Of a stretch of 64,000 nt of DNA, positions 40,556-51,800 are shown piece by piece. The DNA is from Candidatus Dojkabacteria bacterium. GTDB lineage: Bacteria > Patescibacteriota > Dojkabacteria > J137. Position 1 is the stretch's first letter. Every line of letters begins with the position of its first letter. The stretch lies in NCBI GenBank assembly GCA_030950485.1, contig JAUZRK010000021.1, positions 5,498 through 69,497 of the forward strand, in the 5' to 3' direction. Both the position numbers and the translations under genes were made by a program. Below the pieces are notes generated by a model that was not told the origin of the DNA, searched no databases, and saw only the letters and a list, made by a program, of their open reading frames with translations.

Positions 40556-41194
40556 ATGAAGCTCTCAGTACAAAATAGAGAAATAACCGGAAAAAAGGTG
40601 AAGCATCTAAGAGGACAAGATATTATCCCAGCTTCTGTTTTCGGTCCAGGCTTCGAGCCAAGAAATGTTCAAGTTAATAGAAAAGAACTAGCTAAAATTT
40701 TTAAAGAAGCAAGTTACAATAAGTTTATCGATCTTGAATTAGAGGGAGATAAAGTGTTTAAGGCTTTGATTAAAGATGTACAGATTCACCCTGTAAGAGA
40801 TTACTTTATATCAGCCGCATTTTATAAAGTTGATGAAAGTAGAAAGATTTCTGTAGATGTACCTATTAACTATGTAGGAACTTCACCTGCAGAAAAGAAT
40901 AAATTAGGATTCGTAGTATATCAATTCGATACAATTAACCTATATTGTTTACCAAAAGATCTTCCAAACAGTGTAGAGGTAGACCTAAGTACTCTAACAG
41001 AAGGAGGTTCAGTTATTACAGCTGCAGATCTTAAATTACCTGAAGGAGTAGAATTTGACAGTAACGTTGGAGATCCTAGTGCATCAGCATTAGTATATGT
41101 AGCAACTGCTCAAAAGACAGTAGAGACTGATGAAGAATCAGCTGAAGAAGAAGGAAATAGTGAAGAATCTAAAGAAGAAGAATCTGCAGAGTAA
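40556..41194 (+). CDS. rplY: 50S ribosomal protein L25/Ctc
   Basis: GKKVKHLR..IIPASVFG, IKDVQIHPV, CLPKDLP, acidic tail. Confidence 0.93.
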   Translation: MKLSVQNREITGKKVKHLRGQDIIPASVFGPGFEPRNVQVNRKELAKIFKEASYNKFIDLELEGDKVFKALIKDVQIHPVRDYFISAAFYKVDESRKISVDVPINYVGTSPAEKNKLGFVVYQFDTINLYCLPKDLPNSVEVDLSTLTEGGSVITAADLKLPEGVEFDSNVGDPSASALVYVATAQKTVETDEESAEEEGNSEESKEEESAE

Positions 41195-41213
41195 AATTCT
41201 ATAGTTTAAAAGT

Positions 41214-41247
41214 AAAAGAGAGCCTCTTAAAAAAGGCTCTCTTTTTT
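41214..41247 (+). terminator. rplY terminator
   Basis: AAAAGAGAGCCT-CTTAAAAA-AGGCTCTCTTTTTT. Confidence 0.85.
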
Positions 41248-41332
41248 GTTAATATATCTTGTACTAGTTTTTTAGTTATGATAGCCTGGTATAGTTTAAT
41301 GTTATTTATATAAAAAATATAACCTTTGCTCT

Positions 41333-44300
41333 ATGACTCTGGCAACTGAAAAGTTGAATAGGCAAAGAGGTATTAAGTTTTACTTAAGCGCCATATTCAT
41401 ATTGGCGTTCCTCTTTACGTTATTACTATTATTCTCTGGTGAAGGATCTTCGTCAGGTTCAAATTTTGGTAATTCAAATTCAAAGAATGATTTAGCGGTT
41501 ACTGATTTCGGTGACTTTGTTTTGACGAGCTCGCAGTTGAGTGATGGAAGCATTTCAAGGGCTAAAATTTTAAACGGATCTGTAACACTAGATAAACTGG
41601 CAAAAGATACGATTATACAATATCCCGATGGGAAGACTGGCCCTGTAAATGTTAGTAATAAATCAATTTTAGAATGGCATCTTGCAGATGGCTCGGTAAG
41701 TACAGCCAAAATCTTAGATTCTGCAATTACTACAGCTAAACTTGCAGATGGCTCAATAACTGAAATTAAAATAATAGATGGTGCAATATCTTCAGGAAAA
41801 ATTAGAGATGGAAGTATTCTTGCAATTGATCTTTCAAATGGAAGCATTATTACTGCAAAAATTGCAGATGGTGCTATTACTGAGTCGAAAATAGCTAGTA
41901 ATTCAATTAGCACAGATAAACTTCAAAATGGATCAGTAACACTAGATAAATTAGCCCCAGGTGTACTAGATGGTATAACTATAAATAATGATTCATTAAA
42001 TGGAGATGTTTTAATTGATAATTCCGTTAACGGTTCAAAAATAGAAGATAACTCAATTACTGGCGATAAAATTGAAAATAATTCAGTTACGGGGGATGAC
42101 ATTCAGGATAATTCAATTACGGGAGATGATATTCAAGACAACTCAGTTACAAATCTTGATCTTGCAGATGGTTCTGTCACAGGTGTTAAATTGGCAGACA
42201 ACTCAATAAATGGGGCTAAGTTAACTAACTTATCTATAACTGCTGCAAAGATAGCACTAGGAACAATAGCAGGAGCTCAAGTAGCAAGTGATGGAAGTGT
42301 AGTTAAATCTATAATAGGAGGAGGAGGTATACAAGTTACTAATAATAATAATGGTAGCTATTCTCTAAAGCTCATAACTACTTGTTCTGATGGACAGGTA
42401 TTATCATGGAATAGTGCTGGTACGGATTGGGTCTGTACAACACCTCCAGGAGGAGCTGGTCTTTCAGACACAGATGATTTAGCAGAAGGTACGTTAAATC
42501 TATACTATACAACTACAAGATTCAATACAGACTTTAACTCTAAAGATACTGATGAATTAACAGAAGGAACAACAAACCTTTATTATACAGAAGCAAGATT
42601 TGATTCCTCACTTGGTGGAAAAACACTAGACGACATAACAGAAGGGACAACAAATAAATTTTATACAGAAACAGCATTTGATAATTCATTTAGTAATAAA
42701 GATAGTGATGATCTTACAGAAGGAGCTTCAAATCTTTTCTGGACACAAAGTAGATTTGATATAGCTTTTGGACTAAAAGACACAGACGACCTAGCAGAAG
42801 GAGCAACAAACCTATACTATACAGAAACAAGATTTGATAACTCATTCGCAGGAAAGTCATTAGACGATTTAGCGGAAGGAGTTACAAATAAATTCTATAC
42901 AGAAACAGCATTCGATAATTCGTTGAGCGGTAAGACAACAACAGATGTAGCAGAGGGAACAAACTTATACTATACAGAAGAAAGAGCACAAGACGGAGTA
43001 GGAACAGCATTAACAGATACAACAGAAATAAACTTTACATATAACGATGCAGGAAATGCAATTACAGCAGATTTAATAGATGGATCAATAGCAGAATCTA
43101 GATTAGATGTATTAAATGCACCAACAGACACATATTCATTAACATGGAATCAAGGATCAGGAAAAATGGAATGGGTAAATGTAAGTGGAGGAGGAGCAAC
43201 AACATTTAATAGTTTATCAGATACAAACTTAACAGCAGTAGCACAAGGAGACGTACTATATTATGATGGAACAGACTGGGTAAATTTAGCAGCAGGAACA
43301 AGTGGACAATTCTTACAAACCGCTGGAGTGGGTGCAAATCCAACTTGGGCTAATATTAGTGGATCTCTTGCTAGCGGAACTCTTTCAGGAAATACTTTAG
43401 AATGGAATGGAGTTGCCTGGGTAGAAAGCTCAGCATTAACAAATGACGGAACAGATGTAGCTACGAGTGGACAATTTAGTTCAAATGGAAATACAATAAT
43501 CGGAAGTGACGCAGCAGATACATTATTAATAAACGCAATACTACAAGGATCAAATCCATTAGTATTTGAAGGAGCAACAACAAATGCATTTACAACAACA
43601 TTAGCAATAACAGATCCAACAGCAAATAATACAATAACATTACCAGATAGTTCAGGAACACTAGTTCTAACTTCTGATTTAACAGGATTAGCAGCAACAA
43701 CTGATTTCGATACAGAAACAGAACTAGAAGGATTACTAACAGATGTAACAAACATATATACAAATAACGACGGAAACCTAAATGATGACGATCTATCAGA
43801 TAACGATACTGGAGATTTAGCAGAAGGAACAAATCTATACTTTACAAACGAAAGAGTAGATGACCAGGTAGCATTATTAGTACAAAATGGAACAGGAATT
43901 TCATGGGCATATGATGATGGAGCAAATACATTTACACCAACAATAAGTTTAAGTGCATTCGATACAGATAATTTAGCTGAAGGAGCTACAAACTTCTATT
44001 GGAGCGATACAAGATTTGATAACGCTCTTGCATTAAAGGACACAGACGATCTAGCAGAAGGGTTAACAAATCTATACTATACAGAGACAAGATTCGACAA
44101 TTCATTCGCAGGAAAATCATTAGACGATTTAGCGGAAGGAGTTACAAATAAATTCTACACAGAAACAGCATTCGATAATTCATTATCAGGAAAAACACTA
44201 GACGATATAACTGAAGGAATAACAAACCTATACTTTACAAACGAAAGAGTAGACGACCAAGTAGCCTTGTTAATAAAAGATGGACTAGGAATAAATTGGA

Positions 44301-47014
44301 CATACGATGATAGATTAGGCACATTAACAGGAGTAGTAGATTTTACAGACTTCGATACAGATAACTTAGCAGGAAAGATACTAGACGATATAACTGAAGG
44401 AATAACTAATAAATTCTATACAGAAACAGCATTTGATAATAGCTTGTCAGGTAAAACAACAACAGATGTAGCAGAAGGAACAAATCTATACTTTACAGAC
44501 GAAAGAGCACAAGACGGAGTAGGAACAGCATTAACAGATACAACAGAAATAAACTTTACATATAACGATGCAGGAAATGCAATTACCGCTGATTTAATAG
44601 ATGGGACAATAGCAGAAACTAGGTTAGCCGTTCTAAACGGACCTGCTGATGGACAAATTTTAAGTTGGAACCAAGGATCAGCGCAGATGGAATGGATCAA
44701 TAATAGTGGAGGAAGTTCTACATTTAGTGCTTTATCAGATACAAACCTAACAGCAGTAGCACAAGGAGACGTACTGTATTATGACGGAACAGATTGGGTA
44801 AACTTAGCAGCAGGAACAAGCGGACAATTCTTACAAACACAGGGAACAGGTGCTAATCCAATTTGGGCTACAAGTCCAGGTGCTCTTGCAAATGGTACAC
44901 TAGCTAATAATACTTTAAGATGGAACGGTTCAGCTTGGGTTGAAAGCTCAGCTTTAACTAATAATGGTACTGATATAACAGTAAGTGGGCAACTTAATGC
45001 TAATGGAAATACTATAATTGGTGATGCAAATACAGATACTGTAACATTTAATTCAATTCTACAAGGAGCAATCCCACTAGTATTTGAAGGATCTACAAGT
45101 AATACATTCGAAACAAGTTTATCAGTAACAGATCCAACAGCAGATAGAACAATAACATTACCAGATGCTGATGGTACTGTAGCGTTAACATCAGATTTAA
45201 CTGGTTTAGCTGCTACAACTGATTTTGATACTGAGGCAGAGTTAGAAGGATTATTAACAGATGTAACAAATGTATATACTAACAATGATGGAAATTTAAA
45301 TGACGATGACCTTTCAAATAATAGTACAAGTGATCTAGCAGAAGGAACAAATCTATACTTTACAGATGAAAGAGTTGATGACAGGGTTTCAGTTGTAGTA
45401 CAAAACGGAACTGGAATTTCATGGTCATACAATGATGGGGCAAATACATTTACACCAACAATATCACTAGCTGCATTCAGTACAGATAATTTAGCTGAAG
45501 GAGCTACAAATTTATATTACACTGGCGCAAGATTTAATTCTGACTTAGCTACAAAGACAACAACAGATCTAACAGAAGGAACAAACCAATACTTTACAGA
45601 TGAAAGAGTAGACGATAGAGTAGCTACACTTGTACAAAATGGAACAGGAATTACATGGTCATACAATGATGGAGCAAATATATTTACACCAACAATTACT
45701 CTAGGAACAAGCATTGATAGTTCAGAAATCGTCGATGGTACTATTGTAAATGCAGATGTAAACGCAGCTGCTGGAATAGTAGAAAGTAAATTAGCACTAA
45801 ATTTCCCAACACATACTAATGCAAATGATCCAACAGCTGCTCAGAAAGCAAAGCTTGTTGAATTAGTTGATGCAGCAGATACTAATATAGCAATAGGTAA
45901 TAAGAATATTTCTAATATACATACACAAAACACAGATACAGGAACTACAGCTACTAGCTTTCAAATAAATTCAGGAGCAAGCGGTCCTAGATTGAAAAAT
46001 AGTACAGGTACACTTCAAGTAAGAAATGCAGCAGATAGCGGATTCGCTAATTTACAAGCTGCAGATATTCAAGGAGGAAACTTAAATCTAACCGGAAATG
46101 TAGATTTTGATGGAGTATTATTAGCAGGTTCTACTGGCGTTCAATTAACAAACGCAGTTGGTAAAATCCAGGCTATTTCATCAACATATTTTGCAGACTT
46201 ATCAGGAGCTAACTTAACAGGACTTAATGCAACTCAGCTATTATCAGGTACAGTCCCATCCGCAAGATTAAGTGGAAGCTATACAGGAATTACAGGACTT
46301 GGAACAGTAACTACAGGAGTTTGGAACGGTACTAGAGTAGATATTTCAGATTATACAAATTTAGCAGCAGGAACAAATCTAACACTTGTAAACGATACTT
46401 TAAATGTTAATGATGCATTCTTAACAAATACAGGAAATGATTCTACAACAGGGATACTAACAGCAGCAGGATTCGTATCAACACCTACAGGATCAGCACC
46501 AATCTCTCCAACAGCGGGACAAGTTTATTACAATTCGTTAGATAGTAATATGTATGTTTACGATGGGACTCAGTGGGTAGATCTAACAGTACAGTCTGCT
46601 GGAGGTGGAGGAGCAGCTTCAATGGTTCACTATGCTGAGGCAGATGCTCAGCAAACAAATGCTACACTAACAATGACACCTGCTCTTAGTACGACATTTA
46701 CGCCAACAACAACAGGTAATTACCTTATCGAGTATACATATGAAATTAGTAATTCAAGTTCATCTAAATTAAGTCTTTCTAATGTAGATTATTGTACTGG
46801 TACTGTAGCATGTCCTGGAGGAGGAACTATAATAGCAAATCATACACAGTCAGCTTTTGGCTCTGTTAGTTACTCTATGGTCTCAGGTTTCAAGCGAGTT
46901 TCTTTAACTGGTGCTCAGCCATACAATGTAGATGTAAGTCACAGAACAGAGGTGACAGCTGGAGGAGCTACTTCATACATTCAAAATGTAAGAGTAATTG
47001 TTTGGAAGCTATAG
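41333..47014 (+). CDS. Giant membrane-anchored fibrous surface protein (1893 aa) with LADGSVTxxK and TDDLAEGxxNLYYT repeats
   Basis: N-terminal TM; about 20 decapeptide repeats; many EG-TNLYY/FT repeats; phage-tail-fibre-like motifs (GQVLSWN, GDVLYYDG, GQVYYN). Confidence 0.8.
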   Translation: MTLATEKLNRQRGIKFYLSAIFILAFLFTLLLLFSGEGSSSGSNFGNSNSKNDLAVTDFGDFVLTSSQLSDGSISRAKILNGSVTLDKLAKDTIIQYPDGKTGPVNVSNKSILEWHLADGSVSTAKILDSAITTAKLADGSITEIKIIDGAISSGKIRDGSILAIDLSNGSIITAKIADGAITESKIASNSISTDKLQNGSVTLDKLAPGVLDGITINNDSLNGDVLIDNSVNGSKIEDNSITGDKIENNSVTGDDIQDNSITGDDIQDNSVTNLDLADGSVTGVKLADNSINGAKLTNLSITAAKIALGTIAGAQVASDGSVVKSIIGGGGIQVTNNNNGSYSLKLITTCSDGQVLSWNSAGTDWVCTTPPGGAGLSDTDDLAEGTLNLYYTTTRFNTDFNSKDTDELTEGTTNLYYTEARFDSSLGGKTLDDITEGTTNKFYTETAFDNSFSNKDSDDLTEGASNLFWTQSRFDIAFGLKDTDDLAEGATNLYYTETRFDNSFAGKSLDDLAEGVTNKFYTETAFDNSLSGKTTTDVAEGTNLYYTEERAQDGVGTALTDTTEINFTYNDAGNAITADLIDGSIAESRLDVLNAPTDTYSLTWNQGSGKMEWVNVSGGGATTFNSLSDTNLTAVAQGDVLYYDGTDWVNLAAGTSGQFLQTAGVGANPTWANISGSLASGTLSGNTLEWNGVAWVESSALTNDGTDVATSGQFSSNGNTIIGSDAADTLLINAILQGSNPLVFEGATTNAFTTTLAITDPTANNTITLPDSSGTLVLTSDLTGLAATTDFDTETELEGLLTDVTNIYTNNDGNLNDDDLSDNDTGDLAEGTNLYFTNERVDDQVALLVQNGTGISWAYDDGANTFTPTISLSAFDTDNLAEGATNFYWSDTRFDNALALKDTDDLAEGLTNLYYTETRFDNSFAGKSLDDLAEGVTNKFYTETAFDNSLSGKTLDDITEGITNLYFTNERVDDQVALLIKDGLGINWTYDDRLGTLTGVVDFTDFDTDNLAGKILDDITEGITNKFYTETAFDNSLSGKTTTDVAEGTNLYFTDERAQDGVGTALTDTTEINFTYNDAGNAITADLIDGTIAETRLAVLNGPADGQILSWNQGSAQMEWINNSGGSSTFSALSDTNLTAVAQGDVLYYDGTDWVNLAAGTSGQFLQTQGTGANPIWATSPGALANGTLANNTLRWNGSAWVESSALTNNGTDITVSGQLNANGNTIIGDANTDTVTFNSILQGAIPLVFEGSTSNTFETSLSVTDPTADRTITLPDADGTVALTSDLTGLAATTDFDTEAELEGLLTDVTNVYTNNDGNLNDDDLSNNSTSDLAEGTNLYFTDERVDDRVSVVVQNGTGISWSYNDGANTFTPTISLAAFSTDNLAEGATNLYYTGARFNSDLATKTTTDLTEGTNQYFTDERVDDRVATLVQNGTGITWSYNDGANIFTPTITLGTSIDSSEIVDGTIVNADVNAAAGIVESKLALNFPTHTNANDPTAAQKAKLVELVDAADTNIAIGNKNISNIHTQNTDTGTTATSFQINSGASGPRLKNSTGTLQVRNAADSGFANLQAADIQGGNLNLTGNVDFDGVLLAGSTGVQLTNAVGKIQAISSTYFADLSGANLTGLNATQLLSGTVPSARLSGSYTGITGLGTVTTGVWNGTRVDISDYTNLAAGTNLTLVNDTLNVNDAFLTNTGNDSTTGILTAAGFVSTPTGSAPISPTAGQVYYNSLDSNMYVYDGTQWVDLTVQSAGGGGAASMVHYAEADAQQTNATLTMTPALSTTFTPTTTGNYLIEYTYEISNSSSSKLSLSNVDYCTGTVACPGGGTIIANHTQSAFGSVSYSMVSGFKRVSLTGAQPYNVDVSHRTEVTAGGATSYIQNVRVIVWKL
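42930..45480 (+). repeat. ~1-kb internal duplication in the fibre gene (offset ~1520 nt)
   Basis: GAAAGAGCACAAGACGGAGTAGGAACAGC.. at 42980 and 44501; TTTACACCAACAATA at 43931 and 45449; further copy of 42781-42920 at 44041-44180. Confidence 0.85.
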
Positions 47015-47082
47015 AAACTCCTTTACAAATATAACTAAATTATCTAAACTTTTTTATAGTTAATATTTATTAAAATTTAAAA

Positions 47083-47538
47083 ATGGCAAAACTTAAAGGA
47101 CTGGACGATAAGTCATCAATGAATTCAATGGTATCAGGAGAAACTATTAAAATGATTTTATTCTTTTTAATAGCTGTGTTTACATTAACAATAACTATCT
47201 TTAGAGATAATCTAGCCCCTATTTCAAATGACGATCTATATAGTTCAGATTACCAAGCTGTATTTCTTACAAATGGACAAGTTTATTTCGGAGATGTTAC
47301 TGATGAAAGATCTGATGTAGTTATCCTAGAAGATATTTATTATCTACAAATAAATAAAAATATTCAGTCACAAGATCCAAATGAAGCAGCAACTGAAGTT
47401 CCTGATATTAGTTTAATAAAATTAGGAGAAGAGTTACACGGGCCAGAAGATCAAATGATTATAAATAAAGAGCAAGTTCTATTCATTGAGAATCTTAAAT
47501 CTGATTCAGACGTAGTAAAAGCAATTCAGTCAAACTAA
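47083..47538 (+). CDS. Conserved hypothetical membrane-anchored protein (YQAVFLTNGQVYFG family)
   Basis: TM followed by YQAVFLTNGQVYFG..L.DIYYL..LIKLGEELHGP. Confidence 0.7.
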   Translation: MAKLKGLDDKSSMNSMVSGETIKMILFFLIAVFTLTITIFRDNLAPISNDDLYSSDYQAVFLTNGQVYFGDVTDERSDVVILEDIYYLQINKNIQSQDPNEAATEVPDISLIKLGEELHGPEDQMIINKEQVLFIENLKSDSDVVKAIQSN

Positions 47539-47559
47539 ACTAAATACAAAGAACATTAG

Positions 47560-48762
47560 ATGGAGGGGAATAATTTACAAAATAATAGTGTTATTCAGCC
47601 TTCATCTAATGCTTCGGATCTAAGCTCACAAGTAAAAGACGAAATCTCAATATTAGAAAGAAAGCTAGATAATTCTGATCTTCCTCCAGATTTAATGGAG
47701 AAAGCTAGAGCAATGATCATAAGGCTTAAAAAAATGTCTATTGGAGGCAGTTATTCAAATGAATATGAACCTGTATCTGAATACATTAACTGGATAATAC
47801 AGCTTCCTTGGGATATATATACAAAAGATAATCTTGATATGGCTCATGCTAAAGAAAGTCTAAGTAAATATCATTACGGATTAGATCCTGTAAAAAATAG
47901 AATTTTAGAATATCTAGCAGTAATTCACCTTCAAGCTATGAATAATAAAGCTAAGGCTGAAGAGCTTGCTGCTCAGGGTGGTACAGCAGAATCAAATTCT
48001 GATAAGATGAAAAAGCTTACAGGTAATTCATCTAATGCTCCAATTCTTTGTTTTGTTGGAATTCAAGGTGTTGGTAAAACATCGTTAGCAAAATCAATCG
48101 CAATAGCATTGAATAGAGGTTTTATGAGAATACCTTTAGGAGGGCTTGGTGGAGTTGCAGAAATTAGAGGACGAGCAAGAGGAACTATTGATCCTGAACC
48201 TGGACAAATTATAAAGGCTTTAATAAGGACTGGATCGATGAATCCATTAATATTGCTGGACGAAATAGATAAAGTTAGTAGTGATACTGGTTTACGAGCA
48301 GATGTAATGGCTGCATTACTAGAAATCCTAGATCCAGAACAGAATTCTACTTTTATTGATAAGTATTTAGATTATCCTGTTGATCTTTCAAAGTGCATGT
48401 TTATAACAACTGCGAATAATCTTGGGGGTATTTCAGCAGCACTTCTAGATAGGTTAGAGGTTATTAGATTTGGTAGTTATAATGATAATGAAAAAATGAC
48501 TATAGCTAAAGATTATCTATTACCTAAAGTTAGAAAAGCTACTGGTTTAACAAAAGAACAACTTGATTTTGCACCTGATGTTTGGCCATTAGTAATAAGG
48601 CCTTTAGGTTTTGACGCAGGAGTAAGACAATTAGAAAGAACTTTAACAGATCTTGCTAGAAAGGTCGCTTTAAAAATAGTCCAAGGAGTTACAGATGGTG
48701 TAAAAGTAACTAAAGAAAACTTCCGTGAATTTATACCCGAAGATATCGGTATATACTCTTAA
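47560..48762 (+). CDS. Lon-type AAA+ ATPase lacking the N-terminal and protease domains
   Basis: HYGLDPVKNRILEYL, GIQGVGKT, LLDEIDK, ALLEILDPEQN, LLDRLE, GVRQLER; ends with no Ser-Lys protease domain. Confidence 0.88.
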   Translation: MEGNNLQNNSVIQPSSNASDLSSQVKDEISILERKLDNSDLPPDLMEKARAMIIRLKKMSIGGSYSNEYEPVSEYINWIIQLPWDIYTKDNLDMAHAKESLSKYHYGLDPVKNRILEYLAVIHLQAMNNKAKAEELAAQGGTAESNSDKMKKLTGNSSNAPILCFVGIQGVGKTSLAKSIAIALNRGFMRIPLGGLGGVAEIRGRARGTIDPEPGQIIKALIRTGSMNPLILLDEIDKVSSDTGLRADVMAALLEILDPEQNSTFIDKYLDYPVDLSKCMFITTANNLGGISAALLDRLEVIRFGSYNDNEKMTIAKDYLLPKVRKATGLTKEQLDFAPDVWPLVIRPLGFDAGVRQLERTLTDLARKVALKIVQGVTDGVKVTKENFREFIPEDIGIYS

Positions 48763-48818
48763 AACATTAGCTTTCCAGAAAAATTTATCCTATTATATAG
48801 TAGGGGAAATGTATATTC

Positions 48819-51800
48819 ATGAAAATAGTTCTAATAGATGATGATCTAATAATTAGGGAAGCCGTTAAATCAGCTTTTAGTATCCTTGAAGATACTTTAA
48901 GTTTTTCTCTTGACGTCTATACAGCAGAGAATGGAGCAGAAGGCCTAGGTTTAGTTTATGTTACAAAAGCGGATGTAATTGTTATCGATCTTACTCTTCC
49001 TAAATATAGTGGAAAAGAAGTCCTTGAATACATTATAAATAATCACGGCCTTAACCCAAAGACAAAGCAAATAATTCTTCTTCATGAAAATGATGATTAC
49101 GCAAGCTTTAGATCCCCTAAAAATATTTCCCTTATTAATAAATCTAAAAACGACTTTACTATAAAGCTTGTTAACAGCATTACAACTTTTTACCATTTAG
49201 AAGGTAAGAAATTTTCATCAATACAAAAAATAAAACTTAGATTAGTAAATAGAGTAATCATATGGGGGAACTATTTAGATATCGTTAGTAAGAGGTTATT
49301 TACTGGAGGTTTATTTATGAAGATAGTTTTCCTGATCCCTTGGATTGTAATTCAAATTATGGGGGGATGTATCTTACATTAATGTATTTAGTAAATGGTA
49401 AGGTTAAAGAAATAAATATAGATCAGCAAAAGAAAGACGATATTAAACTTAGAGCAAAGACCTATCCTGTACTTGGAGGTATTGGAGCTGGAATAATGCT
49501 ACTTTTAATTCAAGTTGGTCTTATAGTTCTAGGTGGATTCACTATAGGTAAAAATTCGCTAACAGATACTTTAGCAGTTTCAGAAGGAATTGAAATTAAC
49601 TTTTCAAAGGATGATGCGATAGAGTATAAATTGAATAATATTGGTCTAATGGATAATGGGGCGATCTTACTTAATGATATAGACTTATATGTTGAAGAAG
49701 AAACTATAACTCCTGAAGTTATTAAATTACCTATAGAGGATGCTGAAATTATTCAGCCAACATCTTACAGTGATGTTTTAGAAATTGAAGAGGAGGTAAA
49801 TGATCTAATAATATTTGATGATGAATTAGAAATTACTAATCCAATTGAAGATACCACTTTAGAATCAGATTTAGATTCCGAAGAAATAGTGATTGAGAAT
49901 CTTGATTTACCTGTGGAACAGAAAGAAGAAGCTATAATACCTGACGAAGAACAAGTTTCACAAGACTTAATTGAAAATAAGGCAGAGGTACTTGGTGTTA
50001 GAACTAGTGAAACACGAGTAGGTAGCATTCAGCTATTAAATCCTATCGAATACAAATACATAATAAGCGTAGCTGAGATTGGAAGTAAACCAGAAAATAC
50101 TGAAATTAAATATCAGATTAGTAATGATGGGTTAAGTTGGTATTATAATTGGGAAGGATTATGGGTAGAAACATTTGATGATGAATTTAATTCAAATACA
50201 ATTGAAGATCTAAATTTAAATTTAGAATCATTCGAAAAAACAGGAGAGATTTATTTTAGAATTTATCTAATAGGTAATAGTAACTCTAGTCCTATTCTTG
50301 AGAAATTAGTAATACAAGGAGATTTTGACAGTATTCTAGATATAGAGATTCCAACTAGTAGTCCTATAGATCTCGAATCAACAGATGAATTAATAGAAGA
50401 AAATATTTCTAATATAAATATTGATGAATCATTAAGAAATATTGAAACAAAAATTTACAATGCAAGTTTTTATAACGGTGAAAAAGTTGTTAGAGGTAAG
50501 GTAACTGATCTATCAGATAATCTTATAGGAGTGAATTATTAGCTAACTTAGCTAATTATGAAGTTGTAATAGAATATCCAACCGGAGAGCTTATTGGTAA
50601 GACCGAGCTATATTTGAATAAAAAAAAGAGATAGAATTTACTTTAAGAACTCCAAATAGAGCTGGTGGATATGTTCGAGCATATCTAGTAAATAAAGATG
50701 ACTCAAGTTTGAGATCATCTACTTCTGAAAGTAAAGAGAATTCAACATTTACAGTAGACTCAACTCTAGATAATTCAGACTCTGGAATAGATGGATTATG
50801 TGATGATGGGTTAGGTAATTGTACTTTAAGAGCTGCTATTCAAGAAGCAAATGGATTAGGTGGATCAGATAATATTAATTTTGATATACCTGATACGGAT
50901 CCAGGATATGTAGATTACGATGGAGGAGCAGGAGATTCGTTAGATGGAGACGATTATTGGAGTATAGCTCCAAATACAGTTCTACCTGTAATTACAGATG
51001 TTGTCGTAGTAGATGGATCAACACAGAAAGCAAATCAATCTGATACAAATACATTTGGACCGGAGATACAGATTTCTGGAATAAATTATATAAATAATAC
51101 AGGTAATGGACTTTCATTCGTAGGAATCACAGGAAGTGGTTCAATAGTAAATGAGTTAAATATAATAAACTTTGGACGAGCGATTTACATATCTAGTTAC
51201 GACTTAACAGTAACTAATTCATATTTAAATCCAGACGCAAAGGGATTATCGTACGATTCAGATGAGAATCAAGTTACAGGGGTTTACGCGGTCAGCGATG
51301 CTATAAATCAGATAAATACATTGAACATTGGATTAGAAAATGAGGGTAATGCGATGATGAGTGAGTTGGGATTTGGTGTTTGGCTAGAGGCAGGTACATC
51401 TCCAACAGAAGTTCAAGTAAATGTAATGGGTAATAAATTTGGACTGGATCCGACTGGAACAATAGCAACAGATATAAGCACACAGCATCACTTGCATATT
51501 ACTGGAAATGTAAGTGTATTAGTTGGTGAAGCTGGAATTGGTAATAGAAACTATTTTGCGAATAGTAATGTACATTTATTAATATCAGGTGATAGTGTAA
51601 GTAATACAATAGAAATATATAACAACTTTTTTAATACAGATATTAATGGTACGGGACACTTCCCGGCTAGCGGATCAGCATTAAGCTTAGGAGGACAAGG
51701 GGGAACTACTGTAGGAGCCCCCGGAAAAGGTAATTTAATACAGACTCATACTTCAGAAGTTGTTATGGGTGTGGGTGCTAACTCAGGTACGACTACTGTT

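Noticed and set aside
42470-45700. CRISPR-like array from recurring GAAGGAACAAA(C/T)CTATAC motifs
   Set aside because: The repeats are degenerate, in frame and encode peptide repeats; there are no unique spacers or cas genes.
41333-47014. Prophage, based on tail-fibre-like repeats
   Set aside because: No capsid, terminase, integrase or other phage genes; the protein has an N-terminal membrane anchor and sits among cellular genes.
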